DNA of 64,000 nt, taken from assembly GCA_046758445.1 (NCBI GenBank), contig JBHIAE010000013.1:1-64000 (forward strand). The letters run 5' to 3'. The DNA comes from Candidatus Thorarchaeota archaeon (GTDB taxonomy: Archaea; Asgardarchaeota; Thorarchaeia; Thorarchaeales; Thorarchaeaceae). The notes beneath the pieces were generated by a model, which did no database searches, was not told the origin of the DNA, and saw only the letters and a list, made by a program, of their open reading frames with translations. Of this stretch, positions 30,345 to 38,905 are shown in pieces. A program made the translations under genes and the position numbers. Every line of letters begins with the position of its first letter. The stretch's first letter is position 1.

Positions 30345-30986
30345 ATGAATGAACTTACAGAGGCATTGGTTGAACTCGAAGAGAAGAGAGTGCGCAGCCT
30401 TGTTGAAAAGCAAATCTTGGAAGGCAGAAACCCTCTGGTGATACTTGAGGATCTGAAGACAGGAATGGACATAGTTGGTCAGAGATTCTCTGACAATGAG
30501 TACTTCCTCGTTGAGCTGGTTATGTCGGCTGACGTCTTCAACCAGGCCTTGGAAATTCTTGAGCCAAAGCTCCTAGAAACGCAGCCAGTTGCTGAGAAAG
30601 GCAAGGTTGTCATTGGGACTGTGAAAGGAGACATTCACTACATTGGCAAGAACCTGGTTGTGGCCTTTCTGAAGTCAAATGGGTTCGAAGTCCATGACCT
30701 TGGAGAGGACGTGGCACCCGACATCTTTGTTGAGAAACTCAAAGCCACTGGAGCACCAGTTCTGGGTCTGAGTGGGCTCATCACTACGACGCACGACGTC
30801 ATGAGGGAAACCATCGAAACCCTTCAAGCAGCAGGTTTCAGGGGAAAAGTCAAAGTGATGATTGGGGGTTGTGATGTCAATCAAGAGGTAGTTGATTACA
30901 CTGGTGCTGATGGATTTGGAGCAGATGCTGTAAGCGCGGTGAGTCTTGTAAGAAAGTTCCTTGCCGAGTTGGGTCAAGAGTCCTGA
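30345..30986 (+). CDS. Corrinoid (B12-binding) methyl-carrier protein, MtaC/MttC-like
   Basis: Cap domain plus GTVKGDIHYIGKNLV (DxHxxG), LSGL, MIGG; start ATG 30345 within ORF 30108..30986. Confidence 0.92.
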   Translation: MNELTEALVELEEKRVRSLVEKQILEGRNPLVILEDLKTGMDIVGQRFSDNEYFLVELVMSADVFNQALEILEPKLLETQPVAEKGKVVIGTVKGDIHYIGKNLVVAFLKSNGFEVHDLGEDVAPDIFVEKLKATGAPVLGLSGLITTTHDVMRETIETLQAAGFRGKVKVMIGGCDVNQEVVDYTGADGFGADAVSAVSLVRKFLAELGQES

Positions 30987-31014
30987 TGTGTGAATCAACG
31001 CTGATCTGGAGAAC

Positions 31015-31905
31015 ATGGTGATTCGTTTGACCCTGCGAAAGGGAAAGAAACCTCTCAACATCAGTCATGATAGGACATGTGACTGTGATCCCAACCATAT
31101 CAACTGCTTGACAGCAAAAGAATGGCTACAGCACCAGATTGCTGTTTGGGAGTTCTACTATGAGAAGCGAGATATACGTGATAAGAAGGTACACCCTGCA
31201 GTGTTCCCAATAGCGCTACCAACAAAATGCATTAGACTCTTCTCACATCGAGGGGAGCTTATCCTAGATCCTTTCGTCGGATCAGGAACAACGCTTGTGG
31301 CTGCTCAAGACCTCGGGCGAAACGCAGTTGGCTTTGATCTCAAGGAAGAATACGTACACATATCCAATGAAAGGATTGAAGCAGATGGAACTCAGAAGAC
31401 TCTACAGATGGCAATCTGCGATGATGCACACAGTATTCCAGAGTACCTGGAGAACCAGACTGTTGCTCTAGTGGTAACGTCTCCTCCGTACGCCAACCTC
31501 CTGAATCGCAAACGTCGTAACAAGAGTAGACGCGGGGACCTTCGCAATGATGAACACTATCTGACCGTTCAGCAGTATTCTGATGATCCGAGGGACCTCG
31601 GTACCATGAATGTCCATGCTTACGCTGAAACGCTAGGTCGGATCTTCAAGGGGATTCTTCCTCTGCTGAAACGAAGGGGCCACTGTGTCATCAATATCAG
31701 TGATTATTGGTGGGAGAACAAGCGAGTACCCGCCCACCTACATGTGATTGAGGCGATGCAAGAAGTCGGGTACGAACTCCGAAACACCATAGTCTGGGAC
31801 AGACGCAACTTGGTGAACAAGGCAGGGATATTTGGTTGGCCTTCAAACTACATTACACTGACTACGACCTTTGAGTACCTCCTTCATTTCTGGAAACCGA
31901 AATAG
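31015..31905 (+). CDS. Orphan amino-DNA methyltransferase (probable m4C, SPPY type)
   Basis: HPAVFP; LDPFVGSGTT (motif I) precedes TSPPY (motif IV). Confidence 0.88.
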   Translation: MVIRLTLRKGKKPLNISHDRTCDCDPNHINCLTAKEWLQHQIAVWEFYYEKRDIRDKKVHPAVFPIALPTKCIRLFSHRGELILDPFVGSGTTLVAAQDLGRNAVGFDLKEEYVHISNERIEADGTQKTLQMAICDDAHSIPEYLENQTVALVVTSPPYANLLNRKRRNKSRRGDLRNDEHYLTVQQYSDDPRDLGTMNVHAYAETLGRIFKGILPLLKRRGHCVINISDYWWENKRVPAHLHVIEAMQEVGYELRNTIVWDRRNLVNKAGIFGWPSNYITLTTTFEYLLHFWKPK

Positions 31906-31923
31906 CGGCCGGGGCTAGTCTAG

Positions 31924-33003
31924 TTACAACCCCAGAATTGGGAAGACGAGATCCTTCACTCTCTGCACATTTCTTCTCACGATGCTCCACGTTTCCTCAT
32001 CATCTTCAAAGGGCGGGCTTTGAGGTGGTGGTTTATAGTCATGTCCAGAGATCACAGACATGACCGTTCCCATGCCCCAGAGGAACGAATCGCGATGATA
32101 TCCGCCACCTGAAAGGACAGCCATCTGGCCTTTAGCCCATGTATGAGCCGCCTCGTGAATACGTTCCGTCACGTAGCGTATCATGTCTGTTGTGAGCGTC
32201 AGGTGTGCGAGGCGATCCATGTAGTGGGCGTCGAAACCAGGGAGGAAGATTACGAATTCCGGTCTAAAGAAGTCAATAAGAGAAGGAACAATCTCGTCGA
32301 ACGCATGTCGGTATACAGCGTCACCAGAGTCCATTGGAAAGTGCATGTTCACGTTGTAACCAAGTCCAGGGCCATCGCCGATGTCCTCGATAAAACCATC
32401 ATGAGGATACATCCATTCTGGGTCTTCATGAAAGGAGATCTGCATTACCTCCGGGTCATTGTAGAAGTAGACCTGAGTCCCATTACCGTGATGAACGTCG
32501 AAATCGGCAATCAGTATTCGTCGAAACCCTCTGTTCTTCAGATGATATACTGAGGCTGCAACATCATTGAAGATGCAGAAACCTCCGCCCCGTTTGAAGC
32601 TAGCATGATGAAACCCTCCAGTTGGAGAGATCACGTGATTGACTTCTCCGTTGACAATTGCCTTTACACCTGTCACTGTCGCGCCACTGGTGATTCTCGC
32701 ATTGTCATAGATTCCCTCGAATCCCGGCGTGTCAATATCGATGTCCCCCATGCCACTCCTAGAAATCTCTCTCACCATGTTCAAGTATTCCTGAGAATGA
32801 GTCTTGTCGAGAAGTGGCAACACCAAGGGCTCAGGTGTGATTATCTTCACGTTCGGTTGCGCGAGGAATCGGACCTCTTCCAGAAACTGCTTCACCATCA
32901 GGAACCGGCCAACACGGATAGGATGCTTTGTGCCAAAGTCGAATGTTTCAAGGTCCTCGCTCCACAGGAATCCGGTGTCGCAGCCAGTCATGGAAGCACT
33001 CAT
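31924..33003 (-). CDS. Histone deacetylase/AcuC-family Zn-dependent deacetylase
   Basis: HPIR..R, GGFHHA, GFCIFND, DFDVHHGNGTQ, GFDAH..D, GGGY. Confidence 0.92.
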   Translation of the reverse strand: MSASMTGCDTGFLWSEDLETFDFGTKHPIRVGRFLMVKQFLEEVRFLAQPNVKIITPEPLVLPLLDKTHSQEYLNMVREISRSGMGDIDIDTPGFEGIYDNARITSGATVTGVKAIVNGEVNHVISPTGGFHHASFKRGGGFCIFNDVAASVYHLKNRGFRRILIADFDVHHGNGTQVYFYNDPEVMQISFHEDPEWMYPHDGFIEDIGDGPGLGYNVNMHFPMDSGDAVYRHAFDEIVPSLIDFFRPEFVIFLPGFDAHYMDRLAHLTLTTDMIRYVTERIHEAAHTWAKGQMAVLSGGGYHRDSFLWGMGTVMSVISGHDYKPPPQSPPFEDDEETWSIVRRNVQRVKDLVFPILGL

Positions 33004-33071
33004 TATGACGTTGCTTCCAGCACATGCTTATATGCTTACATGAGTAAAGCCAACAAGGTGCTTGGTCGAAC

Positions 33072-34508
33072 GTGAGATTGCGAGAAGTCGCAAGGGTACC
33101 AATCTCCGCCAATGCCTACAGCCTGTACGTCAGGCAAGGAAAAGATGCGAGAACACAGGTATTCTCTCTAGACTATTCCGAGAAACTCAGAGTATATGAC
33201 ACTCAGGGCTCCCTCGGTTCATCTAGAAGCTGGAGCAGCAAGGTCAGGTGTATTGCCGTAGCTGACATAGAGAGCGAAGGAGAAGACGCTCTTGTTGGAG
33301 GAGTAGGAAAACGAGTCCTTGTAGTCGACCAACAGGGTCGCACGCTATGGAAGATTGAGCTAGAGAGTTCAGTAATTGCGTGCGATGCGCGTGATGTTGA
33401 TGGTGACGATGCCGCGGAAGTCGTGGCAGCCCTCCAAAACAAGAGAGTCATTCTATGGAATCATGATGAAACTGCGCTCTTCAGCAGAACAGTAGAGCAA
33501 CCCATTGCAGACGTTTGGCTTGAGGACATAACCAATGACTCTGAGCTTGAGGTTGTCATAGCCGACCGGAAGGGTACTGTTCTGATACTATCCGCCGCAG
33601 GTTATGAGTTGAAGCACCTTACCCTTGGATCAACCATCACTGTCTTTGGCGTACTGACCTTCGGAAAGCGAAGGCTCTTTGTCACTGGAAATCACTCTCC
33701 TGAGCTCAGAATCTGGGACATAGATGGGAATGAAGTTACAAGGGTTTCTTTGACGGCACCGCCAAAGGCGCTGGCGACAGGAATGCCTGATGATGTGTCG
33801 AACGTTGCATATCTCGTAGTTAGCTCTCGAGACAGGAAGCTTACCTTTTGGGAGGTTCAAGGCACGCTCAAAGTGAAGAAGTCAGAGAAGGTCATCCTGC
33901 AGGAAATCGAGTCAACAAAGACTGAACTCTATCGAAGGGCAATCAAGTGCGGAAACTGCGGAGCACCAACTTCACCTGAAGCTATTGAATGTGCCGCATG
34001 TGGGGCCAAGCTAGAGATGCTTGATGAGTACGCGATTGAAGAGTACTTGAAAGAGAGCATAGAATCGATCACGTCCAAGCACACTCGAATCAAACTGAAA
34101 GAGTTAGACCGGATTCTTAGAAAGACCCTGCCTAGACCGGCTGCGTACAATCTTCGAAGGAGTATACAGACTATGATAAAGAAGGGAACCGTAGAGGGTC
34201 TTTTCGACGGGAACCTTTTCATACGTACTTTCGAGGAGAAGCCGAAGAGAGTCGAGAAACCAAAGAGAGTCACAACAAGGGCGGCTGCGAATCTGATACA
34301 AGAACTGCTTGCCAAGGAAGACAACTTCGACGTCCAGCGAATCGAGAAGGAAACAGGTGTGCCGCGCAGCATACTTAGGCAGACTCTGATGATACTTCTT
34401 GCCGAAGACTCCGTTGAAGGGACTCTTTATGGCGATATCTTCACTGTGGACGAGAAGCAGGACATCAAGAAGTTCGCGGCAAAGCTACAGAAGGAACTAG
34501 AGGCGTAG
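33072..34508 (+). CDS. Beta-propeller + zinc ribbon + tandem winged-helix protein
   Basis: FG-GAP-like DxDGDxxxE repeats and WD-type ends; CGNCG...CAACG; two C-terminal (L/I)xxGxVEGxxxGxxF repeats. Confidence 0.7.
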   Translation: MRLREVARVPISANAYSLYVRQGKDARTQVFSLDYSEKLRVYDTQGSLGSSRSWSSKVRCIAVADIESEGEDALVGGVGKRVLVVDQQGRTLWKIELESSVIACDARDVDGDDAAEVVAALQNKRVILWNHDETALFSRTVEQPIADVWLEDITNDSELEVVIADRKGTVLILSAAGYELKHLTLGSTITVFGVLTFGKRRLFVTGNHSPELRIWDIDGNEVTRVSLTAPPKALATGMPDDVSNVAYLVVSSRDRKLTFWEVQGTLKVKKSEKVILQEIESTKTELYRRAIKCGNCGAPTSPEAIECAACGAKLEMLDEYAIEEYLKESIESITSKHTRIKLKELDRILRKTLPRPAAYNLRRSIQTMIKKGTVEGLFDGNLFIRTFEEKPKRVEKPKRVTTRAAANLIQELLAKEDNFDVQRIEKETGVPRSILRQTLMILLAEDSVEGTLYGDIFTVDEKQDIKKFAAKLQKELEA

Positions 34509-34575
34509 ATGGAACAATGTTTGAGATTCTGGGATTGAGGATCAGAAAAAGACAGAACGAGAGGAGAAGACAGTA

Positions 34576-37425
34576 GTGGAAATCAGCAAGAGGATTGTCA
34601 TAACATTCGTGATCGTGGCCCTGATACCGATTCTGGTTATCGCAGCACTCTCTGCAACAACCGTGTTCAATGTTTCAAATGAGAATGCTGGGGACGCTTC
34701 TGACGCCTTGAAGGCAGAAGAACTCGCCAATTTGCTTAGAGTTTCCCAAGATACTGCAGCCTTCATTGATGAAAGGATGCAGCAGTATTTCGATGGCGTC
34801 TATATGATGGAGAAGTATGCCGAGGACCTGTTCAATGGCAGAATCAACGCCACATCACAGTACTCATACTTCTGGGACCCCGATTTGGAATGGATTCATA
34901 GTGGTAGGACGATCCCCGGAAGGAATGCCGCTGTCTATGATGAAGACTACGAGTCCTATGACATCTCCTTCGACGTGAGCTGTTGGTATATGCCTACAGA
35001 TGACTATAGGACGCCCAGCGACCCATGGGACTGGAGTCAAACGACACGTTACTTCATCGAGAACTCCAGCAATCTGGACAATGTCTTCCGGGCGCTGCAT
35101 CAAGCGAGTGAGGACTACATCTGGCTCTACATGGGATTCTCTCCAGGCATATGCGACACTCGACTCTTCAAGAACTACCCCTATGACAATCTGGCATACT
35201 TTGAAGATTGGTACGGCCTAGGACAAGACTACGACCCGCCCAGGGAAGAGTGGTACAAGAATGCCGCGTCCATCAATGGAAGCGAAATCGCATTCACCAG
35301 CCCTTATGGGGATCCGTCCACAGGACTAGTCATCTCAATGGGGCGCCCAGTGAGATTCGACAATGGTACTCTAATCGGAGTCATCTCGGCTGATGTCACG
35401 CTTGACAGAATCATGTCCAGCGTACTCGACATCCAAGTACTAGGCAGTGGCTATGCGTATCTCCTTGAGTCTGACGGCGACCTGATTGCACATCCTAACT
35501 TGGTGTCAGAGGACCAGAGCTTGATTGATGTGGAGTTTGCTGGAGCGTCACCCCAAGAGATTGCCGCTTTCACATCGCTTCTTCCGTCAATCTTGGCTTC
35601 CCAGGGCGATCAGTCAGAGTTTCAAAAGATGGGCATTCCCTGGTACATCACCCATTCCAGAGTAAATAACACGGGATTCGTGCTGGCAATCGTAGTTCCG
35701 TCGGCAGAGGTCATCGCACCAGCCACTCAGATTCTTGATCTTGTTCTTGCTCAGACACTCATACTCACTGTTGTATTAGGCGGTCTTTTGGCCCTCGTGG
35801 CCGTGGGGGTAACGGTGCTCTCCTACAGGAGAGGGAACGCTGTTGTGGAGCCGATAAAAGAGATGACACGCCTTGTCGAGAAGATGGCTCGTCAAGACTT
35901 CACAAGAGGTGTCACTACGACGGGAGCCATGTTTGAAGAGGTCGGAACTACAGTTGATGCACTGCTCAGCTTCCAGGAGGCATGTAGATTCGGAAACCAG
36001 GCGTTCATCCGTGGCGATCTTAGGCGTGCACTCGCTAACTATCAGAATCTACTCGAGATCAGTAGGCGACTCGGAATCGAGGTTGGGGAGCAGACGATGT
36101 ATCTGAACATCGGCAACGTGTTCCGCCAACGGGGTGACACAGGAAACGCAATGGACTACTATCAACATGCCCTGAGAATGGCGAGAGCCATGCTCGAGGA
36201 GGCGAAGGAGGAAGGAGCCGATGAAACCGACGCGATGTTACGTGTTGCCTCAGCCTATCACAACATGGCGTTAGTGGAGATGGATCGCGGAAACTCAAAG
36301 ACAGCAATGGACCTCTTGGAAGACGCACAGGCCATCGATCTCACCCTCAAAAATGATCGAGGCCTCGCCAAGAGAAATGATGCGATGGGCTTGGTCCTCA
36401 TGAGAGAAGGCCGATACAGCGAGGCCCTCTCAAGGTTCAAGGAAACGATGAAGATTGCAGAGAGCGAGAGATACGAGAGAAGCATGGCCTATATCCAGTT
36501 CCACATGGGTGAGCTGCATCAAGTCCAGAACCAGCTCAAGAGAGCGGAACGTGCCTATAAAGAGGCAATCAGACTTGGGAACCTGACCGAAGAGTACTGG
36601 CTTGTTGTCTACACAATGCAAAACTTGGCTGATGTCTTGGACCAGCTAGACAAACCAAGCCACGAATTGCGGAGAGATGCTGAGAAACTTCGTAGGTCGA
36701 TCATGTTCAAGAAGAGTGTAATCTTTGTGATTGACTACTCTGGGAGCATGCAGGCACAGAACCGCATCCGAGCGGCCACTCAGGGTGCAAAGGAGATTCT
36801 GGATAGCCAGGTGAACCCACAGGATGAGGTCAGCATCATAGTGTTCAACTCATCCTATCGAGAGATTCTTCCTCTGACTCGCAAAGGGGAGTATGACCGA
36901 CCCAGAGATAGTCCGATTGTACGTGCATTGGACTCTCTTAGGCATCCCAATTATGCCACGGCTTTCTACGACGCACTTGGAAGAGCGCTAGTCGAGTTGG
37001 ACCGAATTGAGTCCAGCGAGCACAGATGGGTGATTGCCTTGACTGACGGTCAGGACAACAGTTCTGAGCAGTTCTCTCTTGATGCGATTGAAGGCATATT
37101 CACCGAGAAGGACCGACGTCGCAAGAAGCGGGCGTTGACAATCGAGGGCTTCATCCGGGACAATCACTTGGATGTGAATCTGATAATCATCGGTGTGGGC
37201 GAGGAGCTTAGGCGGCCTATCGAGGATAAAGTGAGGTCTGCGAAGACAGGCCGGAGAATGACATTCGAGGAACTCCTCGAGTCGGTTTGTGAGAATATTC
37301 CTCAAGGACAATACCTCTCGGTTCTAGACAGCATCGATGTGAGAAGCGACATTGAGAAGGCCTTCCAGCAGGTCGGAGTGTTAATGGCACAGCTGGAAGT
37401 CGGAGGCAGCACAATAGACTACTAG
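34576..37425 (+). CDS. Membrane receptor: TM-dCache-TM-HAMP-TPR-VWA
   Basis: WY...SPYGDP...GVISADV and GYAYLL..G.LIAHP (Cache); PIKEM...EEVG (HAMP); 5-6 TPRs; VWA MIDAS DYSGS, T, LTDG. Confidence 0.85.
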   Translation: MEISKRIVITFVIVALIPILVIAALSATTVFNVSNENAGDASDALKAEELANLLRVSQDTAAFIDERMQQYFDGVYMMEKYAEDLFNGRINATSQYSYFWDPDLEWIHSGRTIPGRNAAVYDEDYESYDISFDVSCWYMPTDDYRTPSDPWDWSQTTRYFIENSSNLDNVFRALHQASEDYIWLYMGFSPGICDTRLFKNYPYDNLAYFEDWYGLGQDYDPPREEWYKNAASINGSEIAFTSPYGDPSTGLVISMGRPVRFDNGTLIGVISADVTLDRIMSSVLDIQVLGSGYAYLLESDGDLIAHPNLVSEDQSLIDVEFAGASPQEIAAFTSLLPSILASQGDQSEFQKMGIPWYITHSRVNNTGFVLAIVVPSAEVIAPATQILDLVLAQTLILTVVLGGLLALVAVGVTVLSYRRGNAVVEPIKEMTRLVEKMARQDFTRGVTTTGAMFEEVGTTVDALLSFQEACRFGNQAFIRGDLRRALANYQNLLEISRRLGIEVGEQTMYLNIGNVFRQRGDTGNAMDYYQHALRMARAMLEEAKEEGADETDAMLRVASAYHNMALVEMDRGNSKTAMDLLEDAQAIDLTLKNDRGLAKRNDAMGLVLMREGRYSEALSRFKETMKIAESERYERSMAYIQFHMGELHQVQNQLKRAERAYKEAIRLGNLTEEYWLVVYTMQNLADVLDQLDKPSHELRRDAEKLRRSIMFKKSVIFVIDYSGSMQAQNRIRAATQGAKEILDSQVNPQDEVSIIVFNSSYREILPLTRKGEYDRPRDSPIVRALDSLRHPNYATAFYDALGRALVELDRIESSEHRWVIALTDGQDNSSEQFSLDAIEGIFTEKDRRRKKRALTIEGFIRDNHLDVNLIIIGVGEELRRPIEDKVRSAKTGRRMTFEELLESVCENIPQGQYLSVLDSIDVRSDIEKAFQQVGVLMAQLEVGGSTIDY

Positions 37426-37432
37426 GAGGTGG

Positions 37433-38893
37433 ATGATGATGGCACAGAGAACAGAAACCATGAAGAAGGGCAGCTTTCGACGAAATGTGATCCTGACATT
37501 TGTGACGATATCCATCCTGTCCTTGGGCGCGACTGGGGCAATCTCCTACTTCTTTGTAGACTTGATTGGCGACTTTACGACCACTGAGAGCAGCACGGCT
37601 CTGGACTCTCAGACACAGATAAACATGCTATCGACCGCTGAGAAGACCGCGGCAGTGATCAACCAGAAGTTGACGAATGCGGAGGCAATGGTACTGGCCA
37701 TGGCTGAGGAATGCGAGAGAATCTTTAGAGCTGACTCTACATTCCAGCCCAGAGAGGTCTATTACGACTTCTTCTTCCAGAACGTTGGCCCACCCGGCTC
37801 AAGGCCAAATGACACTCAGTTCAGCGCCGAATATGGCATCAACGTTTCTTGGAGCTACAGCAGCTGGTATGTTCCGGAATCAGACTCTTCAAACTACGGG
37901 AACTACTTGGCAAGCAACACAGATAGACTGGGTCGAGTGTCGAACCTCGACTATATCTTCCAGGCCATCCATCAGCAGATTGACTTCAGATGGCTCTATC
38001 TGACTTTTGCAGACGACAGCCTCTTCATTAACTACCCAGGTAGCATCCTAGGCGGATCAGACATAGACCGACAGACAGACCCATGGTATCCCGTTCTTGA
38101 TGAATGGTATACTGAGATTGAAGGAGGAGGGGGTGACATCGTCTTTGTAGAGCCTTACTACGACCCCATTGATAGAGTTCTTCTCATATCCATCGGAAAG
38201 ACGGTATACTATGAGAACGGCACCCTTCTGGGTGTGATAGCCGGAGACATCACCATTGAAGACGTCAATAGAAGAATCCTGGACATCACGATTCTCGAAA
38301 CAGGTTATGCAGCTCTTGTCGAACAGGTCAACCATGGAGTCATAGCTCATCCCGACCTCGTGCCAGACGACTATATAGTTGGACTGCCAGACCTAGCCAA
38401 TGTGGAGTCCAACACTGACGGGAGCCCAACCGACCTGAATGTGGCTCAGGTAGTTTCGGGTGCTACGGGTTCACTTCAGTACACTAAAGACGGCGAGGAA
38501 TACCTCTTGGCGTATACTCCCATCGGGAAGGCAAATTGGATCTGCGTCATAATAGTCCCCTTGGACGAAGTGCTTGAAGCGATTCCAGTACTTGAAGCAC
38601 GAATAGCCGGAGCCAATTCACAGGCCACTTTGTTCATCTTGACAATAACAGCCATTGGGATCCTGGTTGCTGCAGGTGTAGCAGTGGCAGTTTCGAATCA
38701 GATCACAGGGCCACTTCAATACATGATGGACTTGGCAACCAAGAATGTGACGGCAATGATACGGCAGGACCCACTTGATACCCTTGACTTGCAGGTAGAT
38801 GTGACGTATACCTCTAAGGATGACGAGATAGGCGAGCTTGCCAGAGCCTTCCAAGGTATGCTGGACTCTATCCGAGAAGAGGACTCTAGCTAG
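37433..38893 (+). CDS. Membrane sensor TM-dCache-TM-HAMP with no output domain
   Basis: WY...EPYYDP...GVIAGDI; ends at DEIGELARAFQGML plus 9 aa; GGAGGTGG RBS 7 bp after the upstream stop. Confidence 0.85.
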   Translation: MMMAQRTETMKKGSFRRNVILTFVTISILSLGATGAISYFFVDLIGDFTTTESSTALDSQTQINMLSTAEKTAAVINQKLTNAEAMVLAMAEECERIFRADSTFQPREVYYDFFFQNVGPPGSRPNDTQFSAEYGINVSWSYSSWYVPESDSSNYGNYLASNTDRLGRVSNLDYIFQAIHQQIDFRWLYLTFADDSLFINYPGSILGGSDIDRQTDPWYPVLDEWYTEIEGGGGDIVFVEPYYDPIDRVLLISIGKTVYYENGTLLGVIAGDITIEDVNRRILDITILETGYAALVEQVNHGVIAHPDLVPDDYIVGLPDLANVESNTDGSPTDLNVAQVVSGATGSLQYTKDGEEYLLAYTPIGKANWICVIIVPLDEVLEAIPVLEARIAGANSQATLFILTITAIGILVAAGVAVAVSNQITGPLQYMMDLATKNVTAMIRQDPLDTLDLQVDVTYTSKDDEIGELARAFQGMLDSIREEDSS

Positions 38894-38905
38894 AAGAGAA
38901 GCAGG

